Assembly (NCBI GenBank): GCA_020051695.1
Contig: JAGVQM010000019.1
Span: forward strand, 15,221-79,220
Length of the DNA stretch: 64,000 nucleotides
DNA from: Candidatus Zixiibacteriota bacterium
GTDB taxonomy: Bacteria > Zixibacteria > MSB-5A5 > WJJR01 > JAJRUJ01
Direction of reading: 5' to 3'
Notes under the pieces: model-generated
What the model was told of the DNA's origin: nothing
Seen by the model: the letters and a program-made list of their open reading frames with translations, nothing else
Database searches by the model: none
Program-made: the position numbers and the translations under genes
Shown: positions 28,896 to 38,639 of the stretch, piece after piece
Layout of the letters: every line of letters starts with the position of its first letter
How positions within the stretch are numbered: position 1 is the first letter of the stretch

Positions 28896-30017
28896 CTAAT
28901 TCCGGGGCAGCATCGCGGCCAGGGCCGCGTCCATACCCGGCACGCAATTGTCCCAGAAAAAGCGAGTCACGACCCCGGCGAGCTGTCCGGCATTCCCCGG
29001 CAGCCGGCCGTCACGGGCAATGCATGCGGCAAGGTGCGCCAAACGATCCGCCAGCTCCTCGGGCGAACCGTTATAGAAATATTCACCCCTTGCTGCTGCG
29101 GTCCCGGCAGCAAGGATTTCCACATACGACAGCCGCCGTGGCAGCAGCGGCCAAGCCCCGGCGGCGATGGCCTCCACTGCGCTGATACCGAAAAACTCAT
29201 GAGTCGCAGTCGAGACAAAAACATCGGCTGTGGACAGCACGCCGACATACTCCTCCCGCCGCGCGAGGTACCCCCAGTGTTCAATCGCTTCGGCGAATTG
29301 TTCTTTCGCGCGGGAAAACGCGCCGGGGACTTCCGCAAACTGCTGACCGATGACACTCACGCGGAAGGTGACGCCGCGATCACTGAGTATGTGCAACGCC
29401 CGGAAAAAATCATCCGGATTTTTATCATGTTCCCAGCGGGCCGCCCAAACAATGCGTAACGGACCGGGCCGGCGCGCACCCCGCGCCGGAAAGTTTTCGA
29501 TGCCCGGCGGAAAAACCCGGGCTTTCCGGCGAAGTTGATCGACCACTGCCAACGGCTGATAATCGGGCATCCGGCGCAGGAATACATCCAGGGCATCAAG
29601 AAAACAATCGCGATGGTATGCAGAATTAAACCACACAGCCGCGGCCGTCAGCGCAGTGGTCAGATTGGTCATGGCAAAATGATAATCGCGTTCATGTTCC
29701 TCGCGCACGGGATAGGTCAGTTGGTTTTCGTGGAAATATGCCACTGCCGGCAGCACCCGGAGGGGTTCATCAACCAGCCCCCGAAACTCCGCGAGGTTGA
29801 GCATATCCGAACACCAGACCAGGTCCCACGCTTCGCCGCGCCGCAGGCGGCGGTCCAGCTCGGCGGCAAAAGTGACCGCGGCATGGCGCATCCGCCATTT
29901 CCATTTGGTGGCGGGCAGGGTCAGGAACGTCCAGTGATGAACACTGCATTTTGCCCAGCCGTCCAGAAAGGCCCGGTGGCTGCCGCCGTAGTATGGCTCC
30001 AGCGCGAGAACTCTCAT
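28896..30017 (-). CDS. Glycosyltransferase family 1 protein with DUF3524-type N-terminal domain (GTDC1/QTMAN-like)
   Basis: MRVLALEPYYGGSHRAFLDGW...HHWTFLTLPATKWKWRMRHAA N-terminal region plus a C-terminal GT1 EFFGISAVEA motif. Start placed at ATG 30017. Confidence 0.6.
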   Translation of the reverse strand: MRVLALEPYYGGSHRAFLDGWAKCSVHHWTFLTLPATKWKWRMRHAAVTFAAELDRRLRRGEAWDLVWCSDMLNLAEFRGLVDEPLRVLPAVAYFHENQLTYPVREEHERDYHFAMTNLTTALTAAAVWFNSAYHRDCFLDALDVFLRRMPDYQPLAVVDQLRRKARVFPPGIENFPARGARRPGPLRIVWAARWEHDKNPDDFFRALHILSDRGVTFRVSVIGQQFAEVPGAFSRAKEQFAEAIEHWGYLARREEYVGVLSTADVFVSTATHEFFGISAVEAIAAGAWPLLPRRLSYVEILAAGTAAARGEYFYNGSPEELADRLAHLAACIARDGRLPGNAGQLAGVVTRFFWDNCVPGMDAALAAMLPRN

Positions 30018-30143
30018 TGGTCTGTCCCGGAACACAAGGTGAACGTTGCCGGGGACACCGGCAAGGTAATACGGCAGCGTTTCGACGGTAATCAGGCGGG
30101 TGGCCGGATCATCCGGCAACCGGGGGCGCACCCCTATTGCCGG

Positions 30144-30728
30144 TCAATCATAGAACCATTTCATCTTGCGCAACTCGGGGACCTCATAGCTGAGGTCCTC
30201 GGCGATTTCATTGAGTTCGTCGGCAGTTTCCTCCAGTCCCTCGGCTTCGGTTTCGAGGTCGGCGGCGTCATCTTCCAATTTTTCGCTCGCATCCTCGAGG
30301 TCACGTTCCAGGTCTTCCATTTCGTATTCGGTCAGAAACGCGCGCAGCACCCCGGCGGCCGCATTGACCCCCAGTTCGCCCCCGCGCAGACCGATTTCAC
30401 CGGCCTTGAGGCCGATTTTTTTGGCCTCAGCGACCAGTGCTATCGTCTGCTCATAGTAATGTTCCAGCAGCCGGTCGGCCTCGTCATCGGTTTCAATCGG
30501 GCGTCCGTTGATCGATAACCGATAGTCGGCGGTGATCTCGATCCATTCCAGACGCCGGCCCTCGTGTTCGAGGCGCAGCGTCCCATCGTCATCAATATCC
30601 ACTGATCGGTTGCCGCCGATATGATTCCGTTCGTGTGCTTCTCCGTGGCGCTCATCCATTGCCAAAGCGGGCAGCACCGGCAACAGGACAAACATCCCGG
30701 CCAGAAGTATGGTAATCGTCGTTTTCAT
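30144..30728 (-). CDS. Secreted hypothetical protein with an acidic coiled-coil C-terminus
   Basis: Signal peptide MKTTITILLAGMFVLLPVLPALA and a C-terminal E/D-rich heptad-like region. Start placed at ATG 30728. Confidence 0.5.
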   Translation of the reverse strand: MKTTITILLAGMFVLLPVLPALAMDERHGEAHERNHIGGNRSVDIDDDGTLRLEHEGRRLEWIEITADYRLSINGRPIETDDEADRLLEHYYEQTIALVAEAKKIGLKAGEIGLRGGELGVNAAAGVLRAFLTEYEMEDLERDLEDASEKLEDDAADLETEAEGLEETADELNEIAEDLSYEVPELRKMKWFYD

Positions 30729-30817
30729 AAACACTCCCCGATATTTTTCTAGCGTACGGTCGAACCGGAGCCGAAGTTGCATTTTTGCCGGGGGTGACGA
30801 AATACACAAAGACTAAT

Positions 30818-31321
30818 TCAAGGGGTCAGGCGGGCGATCAGATCGGCAAAACCGGGAAAGAGGCCGGTAAGTTCCTGCCGATCACCGGCTTCATAGTCTG
30901 AGCGGTCAAAACCGGGGGCCATGGTCGTGCCCAGCAAGGCGTAGGCGCCTCCCTCCCGCAGTACCGCTCCCTGCCAAACCCCGCGCGGCACCCGGATCTG
31001 CACGCGCTCGCCCCCCTGAAGATTGTGCCCCAGCGTCAGGAGTTCGACCTGCCCGGAGGGATGCAGCAACAGCAGGATCACCGGGTCTCCCATGTAAAAA
31101 TGATAGATCTCATCACTGGGCAGGCGGTGCAGCATGGATTGAGCATCCGGGGTCAGCAGGTATAATATCGAGGTGTACAACGACTTTTTTGCGCCGGATT
31201 GACCGGCCGGTATTTCGGCCCCGATTGATTCCTCGGCCCGAAAGGTTTCGACATAGTACCCACCCTCCGGTTCCAGCGGCCGCATACTGAACATTTCGAT
31301 CATTTGTTCCGGATCCAACAT
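30818..31321 (-). CDS. Cupin-fold protein (DUF985-like)
   Basis: LEPEGGYYVETFRAEE and later beta-strand-rich sequence fit small cupins. Start placed at ATG 31321, because the tracked longer ORF overlaps the upstream gene. Confidence 0.5.
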   Translation of the reverse strand: MLDPEQMIEMFSMRPLEPEGGYYVETFRAEESIGAEIPAGQSGAKKSLYTSILYLLTPDAQSMLHRLPSDEIYHFYMGDPVILLLLHPSGQVELLTLGHNLQGGERVQIRVPRGVWQGAVLREGGAYALLGTTMAPGFDRSDYEAGDRQELTGLFPGFADLIARLTP

Positions 31322-31475
31322 AGTCGGCTCCCTTTTACTCGTGTCCGAGGACAGCACTATCCCCAATAATAAGTACGATATCCGGCGATTTCGGCCAATG
31401 AAAAAAGGCCGGGGAAAAACCCCGGCCTCAATTTCGGAAACAGACGCCGCGGCGTCGGCGCCGTTCGAGCAGTAA

Positions 31476-33380
31476 TTACAACTTGGCCAACTCCTCTTCC
31501 AGTCGGGTAACCAGCTTATCGACATGTTCGATAACCGCTTGGAATGTTTCAGGTTGCGTCAGGTCAACGCCCGCTTTTTTAAGCAATTCCATCGGGTAGT
31601 CGCTCCCGCCGGCTTTCAACAAGGTCATATAGCGATCGATTGCTGCCGCGCGGACTGCCTTGTCCGCCGACCTGATATCCTCGGCCAGCTTGGCCGAAGA
31701 GGCAAAACAGGTCGCGTATTTATAGACATAGTACGGCGTGCGGTAGAAATGGGCGATGCGGGTCCAGGTGGAACCGTACAGGTCGTCAAACACCACGGCA
31801 TCACCCTGATACGTCTTCCAAAGGCCGGTATACAATTCGGTCAGTGCATCGGCAGTGATCGGTTGGCCCTGTTCGGCCAGCTTATGCGCCTGCCACTCGA
31901 AATCGGCGAACATCACCTGGGTATAGAACGTGCCGATGATATTGTCGATGGTTTGCTGCAACAGGGCAATCCGCTCTTTGGGGTCCTGGCTTTTTTCCAT
32001 CATATAATCCAGAAACAATGCCTCATTGAGCGTGGAAGCCACCTCAGCCACGAAGATCGTATAATCGGCGGTGGCAAAGGGCTGGTTTTCATTGGACAAC
32101 ATAGTGTGCAGCGTATGGCCGGCTTCATGGGCCACGGTGAACGCCTCGCGGAGCGTTTCATTGTAATTCAGCAGCATATAGGGATGGACACCGTAGACAC
32201 CCGCGGAAAAAGCCCCGCCGCGTTTACCTTCATTTTCAAAGACATCGATCCACCCGCCCGCGAACGCCTGTTTCATTTTGGCCTGGTAGTCGGCGCCCAG
32301 CGGCGCGACAGATTCAACAATCCAGCCCGTGATCTCATCGTAATCATACACTTTGTCGAAATCCACGACCGGGATGGACCCGTCATAACCATGATACGTT
32401 TCCAGCCCCAGGGCTTTCTTGCGCAGTTGGTAATAGCGGTGTACCGGCGCGGTGCCCGCTTTGACGATGTTGACCAGGTTTTCGTATACGGAGGTCGGTA
32501 CATTATCGTCGTCTAAATAGGTCTCCAGCGTGGAGCCGTATTTGCGCGCCTGTGCCGTACCCCAGTCACGCTGCAGAATGCTGTTATAGGTCGCCGCATA
32601 CGTGTTGGCGTTGGCGTGGTATATCCCATAGTACTGCTGGAACGCCGCCGCCCGATCGGCCTGGTTGCGGTTGGTGGACAGGGTACTGTAATATTGTCCG
32701 GCCGTCATGGTGACCGTGTCGCCACCGGACAGGACGACCTCGGGGAATCTGATATCGGATGTAGACAATTCCTGATAAATCGAAGCCGGCGTACCCCGGA
32801 ACTGGCTGAAGTACGACAACAACTGTTCCTGTTCTTCGTTTAAGACATGTTGCTGCTGGCGATAGAGGTTCTCGATACTGTAACGGTAGGGGGCCAGTGC
32901 CGGTGTTTCGTTCAGCCATTTTTCGGTGGTCTCCCAGGGAATCGCCAGCAATTCCGGGTTGAACCAGGCCGTGGCCACGCTGAATTTGCCGAACAGGATT
33001 TGGACTTGCTGCAACTTGGCGGCGATTTCATTATTGCGTGTATCGGTTACGCTGGACAGCGACGGATACTGGTAGACTTTGTACGCCAGCATTCCCAGCG
33101 TGTCACCCAGCAAATAGGAACGCAACAACTGTTCCGGTCCCTGGGCCAGTGTTCCCTGTAAAGCGGCGTACCGGTCCATCACGTTCTCGAGCCGGGCCAG
33201 GTCTGCCTCCCAAGCGGTCCAGTCCGGATAAATGTCGTTGAGATCCCACTTGTACTGAGCCGGGATTTCAGCGCGCACCAGCGTGTTCGGTTTTGCCAAA
33301 GCTAGGGCGGCCATGGCCACTACCAGCACCATCGCGGCCAGCACGGCAATCACCGGGAACCGTCGGTTGTTCTGTTGCAT
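31476..33380 (-). CDS. pepF: Oligoendopeptidase F (M3 family), secreted or anchored
   Basis: HEAGHTLH zinc motif and M3B-like length. Start at ATG 33380 is preceded by AAAGGAG. The N-terminal hydrophobic segment VIAVLAAMVLVVAMAALALA is a signal or anchor. Confidence 0.85.
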   Translation of the reverse strand: MQQNNRRFPVIAVLAAMVLVVAMAALALAKPNTLVRAEIPAQYKWDLNDIYPDWTAWEADLARLENVMDRYAALQGTLAQGPEQLLRSYLLGDTLGMLAYKVYQYPSLSSVTDTRNNEIAAKLQQVQILFGKFSVATAWFNPELLAIPWETTEKWLNETPALAPYRYSIENLYRQQQHVLNEEQEQLLSYFSQFRGTPASIYQELSTSDIRFPEVVLSGGDTVTMTAGQYYSTLSTNRNQADRAAAFQQYYGIYHANANTYAATYNSILQRDWGTAQARKYGSTLETYLDDDNVPTSVYENLVNIVKAGTAPVHRYYQLRKKALGLETYHGYDGSIPVVDFDKVYDYDEITGWIVESVAPLGADYQAKMKQAFAGGWIDVFENEGKRGGAFSAGVYGVHPYMLLNYNETLREAFTVAHEAGHTLHTMLSNENQPFATADYTIFVAEVASTLNEALFLDYMMEKSQDPKERIALLQQTIDNIIGTFYTQVMFADFEWQAHKLAEQGQPITADALTELYTGLWKTYQGDAVVFDDLYGSTWTRIAHFYRTPYYVYKYATCFASSAKLAEDIRSADKAVRAAAIDRYMTLLKAGGSDYPMELLKKAGVDLTQPETFQAVIEHVDKLVTRLEEELAKL

Positions 33381-33435
33381 GTACTTGCTCCTTTGTTGGA
33401 TGGCCTCTGCCATCGATTCACATCCAAAACCTGAA

Positions 33436-33464
33436 AACATATCGTGCAGGACCGCTGTTGTCAA
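33436..33464 (-). promoter_or_regulatory. Candidate sigma70-type promoter for the pepF-like gene
   Basis: Minus strand reads TTGACA, 17 nt spacer, TATGTT, about 55 nt upstream of ATG 33380. Confidence 0.4.
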
Positions 33465-33634
33465 CCGATCCACCCAAATCGTTGACAATTAACATAATAT
33501 CGATTTCAGGGTTGGAAGGCCGGGTTCCCATGGGGACAGTTGCAATGGCCAACGGGTAGACTGTGGCTGTGGCTCGGAGCGAAAGCATGCGGGATTTGGT
33601 GTAGTGAATCGGGGGCTTTCCGCCAAAATCATTT

Positions 33635-34594
33635 CTAGTGTCGTTCCCGCCCAAAATTTTTACCTTTGGCGAAAACCAACGGCAGCAGCTGAGACGCCTC
33701 AATCAGGGTCATCCATAACCGCGCGGCCACGGCGATCATTGCCGCAAGTCCGGGCGACATTGTCGATGCCAGCAAAACGGACAGGACTCCTTCGCGCACC
33801 CCCAACCCTCCCGGCGCGAAGATCGCCAGGTAACCCAGCAAATAGGCGGCGCCGAAGCCGGCCGCTATTGCCCAGAACGAATCCGGTTGAAAGCCCAGAC
33901 CATGCAGCATACACCAAAACGACGCGCCGTAGAGCACCCACGAAATAACATAGAAGACCAGCAAAACCAGCGACCGGCCAAAGGACAATTGAATGACCAC
34001 CGGGGGCCGCTTGAAGAGGCGCAGACCGCAGTTGAGGATCCGGGCAAAGATGCCGGGATACAGAATGATCACAGCGAGCACGACCCCCAGGACCAATGGC
34101 AAAATCGATAACCCCTGAAAGATGGTGTGTCCCAGGACTGCCGTGACGAAAAGCGCCCCGGCGATCAGAGTAAATGCCTGATGCAATACTGTGCCGACAA
34201 ATGCCGTGGCCGTGGAATAGCCCTCCCGGTTGAGCATGTAAAACATCCCCATCATCGACCAGACCTTGCCCGGAAGGTATTTGCCGAGATTGGATAAAAC
34301 CGTAATGCGAAACGCCGTCCAGAATTTCAATCGCTGACCGGAGATGGAAAACAGCAAATACCGCCACAGTTGTACGAGACTGAGCGAAACCACCCATAAC
34401 AGCGCCGCCGAACAGGCCAGCCAGCTAAAATTGAACCTCCAGGGATAATCGCGGATGACATCCCATTGCGAGGCCATGGACCGCACGAGATAAAATAGAA
34501 CCGCCGCGAAAATCAGTATGAATATGACCGTGGTCAATACACCCTTCCGCGGTCGGGTCTGCTCGTGAATCCTAACATCGTTGTTATCAGGCAT
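33635..34594 (-). CDS. UPF0104 / lysylphosphatidylglycerol-synthase-TM-region-like flippase family membrane protein
   Basis: 319 aa polytopic protein. C-terminal LGYLAIFAPGGLGVREGVL motif is typical of this family. Confidence 0.65.
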   Translation of the reverse strand: MPDNNDVRIHEQTRPRKGVLTTVIFILIFAAVLFYLVRSMASQWDVIRDYPWRFNFSWLACSAALLWVVSLSLVQLWRYLLFSISGQRLKFWTAFRITVLSNLGKYLPGKVWSMMGMFYMLNREGYSTATAFVGTVLHQAFTLIAGALFVTAVLGHTIFQGLSILPLVLGVVLAVIILYPGIFARILNCGLRLFKRPPVVIQLSFGRSLVLLVFYVISWVLYGASFWCMLHGLGFQPDSFWAIAAGFGAAYLLGYLAIFAPGGLGVREGVLSVLLASTMSPGLAAMIAVAARLWMTLIEASQLLPLVFAKGKNFGRERH

Positions 34595-34741
34595 TTGTCC
34601 TGCTCGCTGCCCCCATGGTTTTCTCCGGGGCTTGTTGACTTCGAGGCCTATTTAATTAGAATGCAACATCTTAAGTCAAGGCAAAACCATTATGGGGAAA
34701 GGCGGCGGCGCGGACGACATCACCGGCGAAGAACCGTAGAC

Positions 34742-34815
34742 TACCCCCGGCTGGATTCGAACCAGCTACCCTCGGCTTAGAAGGCCGATGCTCTATCCAT
34801 ATGAGCTACGGGGGC
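34742..34815 (-). tRNA. tRNA-Arg (anticodon TCT)
   Basis: 74 nt cloverleaf read by hand: acceptor GCCCCCG/CGGGGGT, D arm GCTC..GAGC, anticodon stem TCGGC/GCCGA with loop CTTCTAA, T arm GCTGG-TTCGAAT-CCAGC. CCA is not encoded. Confidence 0.9.
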
Positions 34816-34919
34816 ATGTGCCGACGCTATAATACGTCAAATAGGCGCCGCCAATCAAGAGGAAATCCGGTTCAGGACAAGCTGTCCGGCGGAAAAGATT
34901 ATGGCTGATAACAAGTTGC

Positions 34920-35684
34920 CTAGTTAATAAAGCCCAGCCAGTCGCCGAACAGGAAGCGCATGCGGCCGACCAACAGGGAAATACGCGCCATCACCGTGTA
35001 GCCGAAACCCGCGCCGAAAGTGACCATCAGCAGGTAAATGCCCACGCGCGAGGCGGCGCCGAATGCGCCCTTGTGTTCTTTGGAGAAAAAGAAATACACG
35101 ATCCCGCAAAAGACGCCAAGGAACACCACGACTGCTGACAGCGAATCCGTCGTCAGGAAACCGCCGTCCGGCCCGAACACGGCCAGCGGGTTGATCGTGT
35201 TATAAATCTGCCCGATAAAATCCGAACGCAGGTAGCGGACAAAATTCAATCCGGCAGTGGTCCCGACAATAAACGCCAGCGACCAGCGGGAAATCCAACC
35301 AAGCTTCGAAGACAACCGCAGCAATAAAATAATGCCCAAAATCAGCGGCAGGAGATACCAGTAATTCGGTTCGGCATCGGCCACCGAGGGTAAAAATGGC
35401 CGTACCGCCGGCGGATGCAGCCGCCCGATCAGGTTGGGGACCAGTGTCGTCCAAAACCCCATCGACATCCAGTACGCCGCCGAGACCCCAACAAACAAAT
35501 GCTCGGCAAATTTATAGAACGGGTTGTCTTTATACAAAAAGCTCAGGATACATAAAGTCAGGAACGCGCCGAACGTGATATAAAACCCTTCAAACGCCCG
35601 GGCATCGCGCGCCATGATCGAGATGACGAACGCAATGATCAGCACGATAAATCCGATCAGATAGATGATAGCCCTGCGTTGCAT
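34920..35684 (-). CDS. Cassette subunit A, copy 2
   Basis: 254 aa polytopic protein with SFLYKDNPFYKF, FFSKEHKGA and FGYTVMARISLL. Start lies 3 nt after the B2 stop. Confidence 0.85.
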   Translation of the reverse strand: MQRRAIIYLIGFIVLIIAFVISIMARDARAFEGFYITFGAFLTLCILSFLYKDNPFYKFAEHLFVGVSAAYWMSMGFWTTLVPNLIGRLHPPAVRPFLPSVADAEPNYWYLLPLILGIILLLRLSSKLGWISRWSLAFIVGTTAGLNFVRYLRSDFIGQIYNTINPLAVFGPDGGFLTTDSLSAVVVFLGVFCGIVYFFFSKEHKGAFGAASRVGIYLLMVTFGAGFGYTVMARISLLVGRMRFLFGDWLGFIN

Positions 35685-35687
35685 CGC

Positions 35688-36548
35688 CTATTTCGCCCGC
35701 GCTTTCCGTTTCCGGTCGATGAAAAAGGTCGCGTTGCCGATAATGATGAACAGCATGATCACGATATGCGCCACCGCCTGCGGCCCCATCATCTCCAGCC
35801 CGCCGTGCGGCATTTGCTCAAAATCGGGATATTTCCGGATCATTTCCGATTCGTATTCGGCTGCGCCCTTGATCCCCCCCATCATGCCCAGCATCTGGTT
35901 GGGATAATACGGATACAACTGCGGCGCCGAGACCGCGGTCACCCCGCCGGCCACCGGTATGTTGCCGGGGTCGCCGGCAAAAAGGATCCACTCTTTCAAA
36001 CCGGGAAAGCCGCCGCCGAAGGCCGCGATTAAGTCCATGTTTTTCAAACTGCGGACATCCCGCATCATCGGAATGCTGTCAATCTGCGTGCCGTTGACAT
36101 CGGTAGTATACATCTTCTTCATGTCGGTAATGATCACGTTGATCAGGCCCTGATTACCCGCCTTGTATCCCAGATGGACATAATCCACACCGCAAACCTT
36201 ATCCGGGAAATGTGTCGTGACGATACGGTCGATCGTCTCATCGGCCAGATTTTGCCCCGTGCCCCACAACGCCATGACATACAATTTCAGATTTCGCCGG
36301 CAACAGTGATACATCACGGCATCAACCATCGGTTGCTGTTCGGGAACAGTGGAGGGATCGAAATCCAGCGAAATCAACACCCGCGAACCCTCAGGCAGGG
36401 TCTCGATTTTATCGAAGATCTTCTGCACAATCGGCGTAATCCGCTCGGGAAAGATGACATTGAACAACAGGGGAATAATTACGGACAAGGCAATAAACAA
36501 AAAGATTATCCGCCGGTCGATGTTCTTGATGGTATCGAAAAAGGCCAT
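35688..36548 (-). CDS. Cassette subunit B, copy 2
   Basis: 286 aa. NIDRR followed by a TM, DFDPSTVPEQQPM, GGIKGAAEYE, and a C-terminal TM with an RKRKARAK tail. Confidence 0.85.
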   Translation of the reverse strand: MAFFDTIKNIDRRIIFLFIALSVIIPLLFNVIFPERITPIVQKIFDKIETLPEGSRVLISLDFDPSTVPEQQPMVDAVMYHCCRRNLKLYVMALWGTGQNLADETIDRIVTTHFPDKVCGVDYVHLGYKAGNQGLINVIITDMKKMYTTDVNGTQIDSIPMMRDVRSLKNMDLIAAFGGGFPGLKEWILFAGDPGNIPVAGGVTAVSAPQLYPYYPNQMLGMMGGIKGAAEYESEMIRKYPDFEQMPHGGLEMMGPQAVAHIVIMLFIIIGNATFFIDRKRKARAK

Positions 36549-36552
36549 GGCG

Positions 36553-37341
36553 TTAATCCTTGTCCCGTCCGAGATATGTCCGTTCGATGCCCAGGATCAC
36601 CCGCAGCGACATCGAAATTACTCCCAGCGAAATGCCGATAATAATTGCCCGCTGGCCCGCCAGGTTGGGGACCCCCATAATCCAGTTGGTCAGGTTAGGC
36701 ACTTCGAAAAACGACAGCGCATCAGGCAGCCAGAACGTGGCATAGTACCCGGCGGGCGTCCGCCCCAGCAGAATGACAAAGGCAGTGACCAGCAGGACGG
36801 TGGCTTCCTTGTTTTTAGCCCGGAATGCGCGATACGACGCCGAGGCCACAAAAAAGGCCAGCAGCGCGTACATCGTCGCTTTCAGCGGAGTAAAGACATA
36901 CGTGAAAAAGTCCTGAAACACCGAGCCGGTGGCGGTGAGATTCCCCACCCAGCCGCCGGGGTTGCCGATTTTGAACAACCCGGCCCAGAGCATGACGAAA
37001 AATCCGATGAGTGTGACCATCGAGAAAAACCAGTCTTTGCCGCGCCGGTCCTCGATCCCGCCCATCGCATGGAAGGGAAACGCAATGAGCATCTTCAACG
37101 GCCAGAAGCCCCCCTGTTTCCTGCTTTCCGTGAAATAGAACTTCAACCCGCGGAAGAACCGCCCACTGTGGATCCGCACCAGGTTGCCGCCGCCGAGGAA
37201 GAAGGCAAACACGGCGATGATATCAAAATACAGGCTGAAATTTTCACCCAGCCGGCCGAACGGGTCATGCGGAATAAACGCCGCGATGATCAGCACCGCG
37301 CCGACGGTGAACGTGATTAATAATGGTACCTGCCGTTTCAT
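36553..37341 (-). CDS. Cassette subunit C, copy 2
   Basis: Start placed at ATG 37341 (MKRQVPLLITF), matching the C1 and C3 N-termini. FFVASASYRAFRAKNKEAT and GQRAIIIGISLGVISMSLRVILGIERTY. Confidence 0.85.
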   Translation of the reverse strand: MKRQVPLLITFTVGAVLIIAAFIPHDPFGRLGENFSLYFDIIAVFAFFLGGGNLVRIHSGRFFRGLKFYFTESRKQGGFWPLKMLIAFPFHAMGGIEDRRGKDWFFSMVTLIGFFVMLWAGLFKIGNPGGWVGNLTATGSVFQDFFTYVFTPLKATMYALLAFFVASASYRAFRAKNKEATVLLVTAFVILLGRTPAGYYATFWLPDALSFFEVPNLTNWIMGVPNLAGQRAIIIGISLGVISMSLRVILGIERTYLGRDKD

Positions 37342-37349
37342 GGTTTTGC

Positions 37350-38615
37350 CTATTGATTCAGCCGGAACAGATCGCGCACCCATTCGCCGGCGGTGGTGGC
37401 AATCCCGACATTAAACAATGACCCGATAGTCAGCAGTGTCACGCCGGCCAGGATCGCCAGCATCGCGATCATCTTGCCGACATCCTGCCCCTTCAACGAC
37501 CCCAGCTGGCGCGGTTCGTGCGACAGATAAGCCGAGGCGGCGAACAACTCCTCACCGATCAGCGTATAATCGCAGGCCGCGACAAAAAACGGCAGCTGTG
37601 CGGGCATCGCCGTGCCGGCGATCTGGATCGCCTCGATGGAATGGCCGGTCTCGGCCATAATCAGCGATTCGGCGAAAAACGCGCCGAGATAGAAACAGGT
37701 CGCCGGCCTTTCGCGCACCATGATCCCGTCCACCGCCGCGACATACCCGAACTGTTCGTCGGTGACATACTGCACATAATCATCCGAGTATGCATCGGGG
37801 CGCCCGGCGGCCAGATAGGCCTCTTTAATCGACTCGCGCGCGGTGGTCATCACAATCGAGCGTGAAGTCGGGACAAACAACTTGGAATCATATTCGGCGA
37901 TGGTCTTGGCGATCCGCCCCAAGATCGTAATCCCGGCCACGGTCTGCACGTCGTCCATGTCCTGGATGCCGGGGATAAACAAAATCGGCCGCCCCATTTC
38001 GGTGGCGCGTCCGATCGCCTCGTCGACCGCTTCGAGTCCGGCGATTTTGCGGATAAAGAGTATTTTGCCCCTTTTGGCCGAGGCGATGAAATACCCGATA
38101 AACAACGAGATGATTCCACCGACGACAAACAAATTCAGGATATTGAAATTAAACCACTGCGCGGACGATCGGACCGGACCGATCACCGGCGAAGACGACG
38201 AGCCCCCGGCTGTCTGGGTCTCGATTCTGTAATAGAAATCCGTCCCCGGCACGGTCGAGGCATCAGTGTATCTTTTTTCTCCGGCCGAGGAAAACCCGGT
38301 CTCGCGAAACGGCCCTTCCGGCGATTCGGCGCGCAAAATGCGGTAGCCCGTGACCAGGTTTTCGCCGGGACGGTCATCGGCCGACAGCTCCCAAAAGACA
38401 TTGATCGAATGCCCTTCATCGGAAGGCGTGTCTTCCGCCCCCGCATTGACCGGCGGCGCAGGCCGGCGGACCGCGGCCATCATCCCCGCAACGCCCGTAG
38501 CGGCGGAATCGGCCGGCGCCGAATCGACAACCTGGGCGACCATGCCGGAAGCCGGCAGCAGCATCCCTGCCAGAAGACAGCAAAAAAGAATTTTGTGCAG
38601 CACCTTCATGGTCAC
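37350..38615 (-). CDS. Cassette subunit D, copy 2
   Basis: 421 aa. Signal peptide, FN3-like INVFWELSADDRPGENLVTGYRILR, a TM, GRATEMGRPILF, AESLIMAETG, LPFFVAACDYTLIGEELFAASAYL, and a C-terminal TM. Confidence 0.85.
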   Translation of the reverse strand: MTMKVLHKILFCCLLAGMLLPASGMVAQVVDSAPADSAATGVAGMMAAVRRPAPPVNAGAEDTPSDEGHSINVFWELSADDRPGENLVTGYRILRAESPEGPFRETGFSSAGEKRYTDASTVPGTDFYYRIETQTAGGSSSSPVIGPVRSSAQWFNFNILNLFVVGGIISLFIGYFIASAKRGKILFIRKIAGLEAVDEAIGRATEMGRPILFIPGIQDMDDVQTVAGITILGRIAKTIAEYDSKLFVPTSRSIVMTTARESIKEAYLAAGRPDAYSDDYVQYVTDEQFGYVAAVDGIMVRERPATCFYLGAFFAESLIMAETGHSIEAIQIAGTAMPAQLPFFVAACDYTLIGEELFAASAYLSHEPRQLGSLKGQDVGKMIAMLAILAGVTLLTIGSLFNVGIATTAGEWVRDLFRLNQ

Positions 38616-38639
38616 GACGTCAATTCAGTTTCAGACCGA

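Noticed and set aside
33458-33488. Perfect 8 bp inverted repeat TTGTCAAC-N15-GTTGACAA overlapping the putative pepF -35 box, considered as a possible operator.
   Set aside because: It may simply reflect two TTGACA-like hexamers on opposite strands. There is no plus-strand gene for the second hexamer to serve, and with no comparative data it is not enough to call a regulator site.
34595-34919. tRNA-Arg next to the tandem cassettes as a possible genomic-island integration site.
   Set aside because: No integrase or recombinase gene was seen, and I could find no direct repeat of the tRNA 3' end elsewhere in the window. The cassette genes have the same high-GC look as the flanking housekeeping genes.
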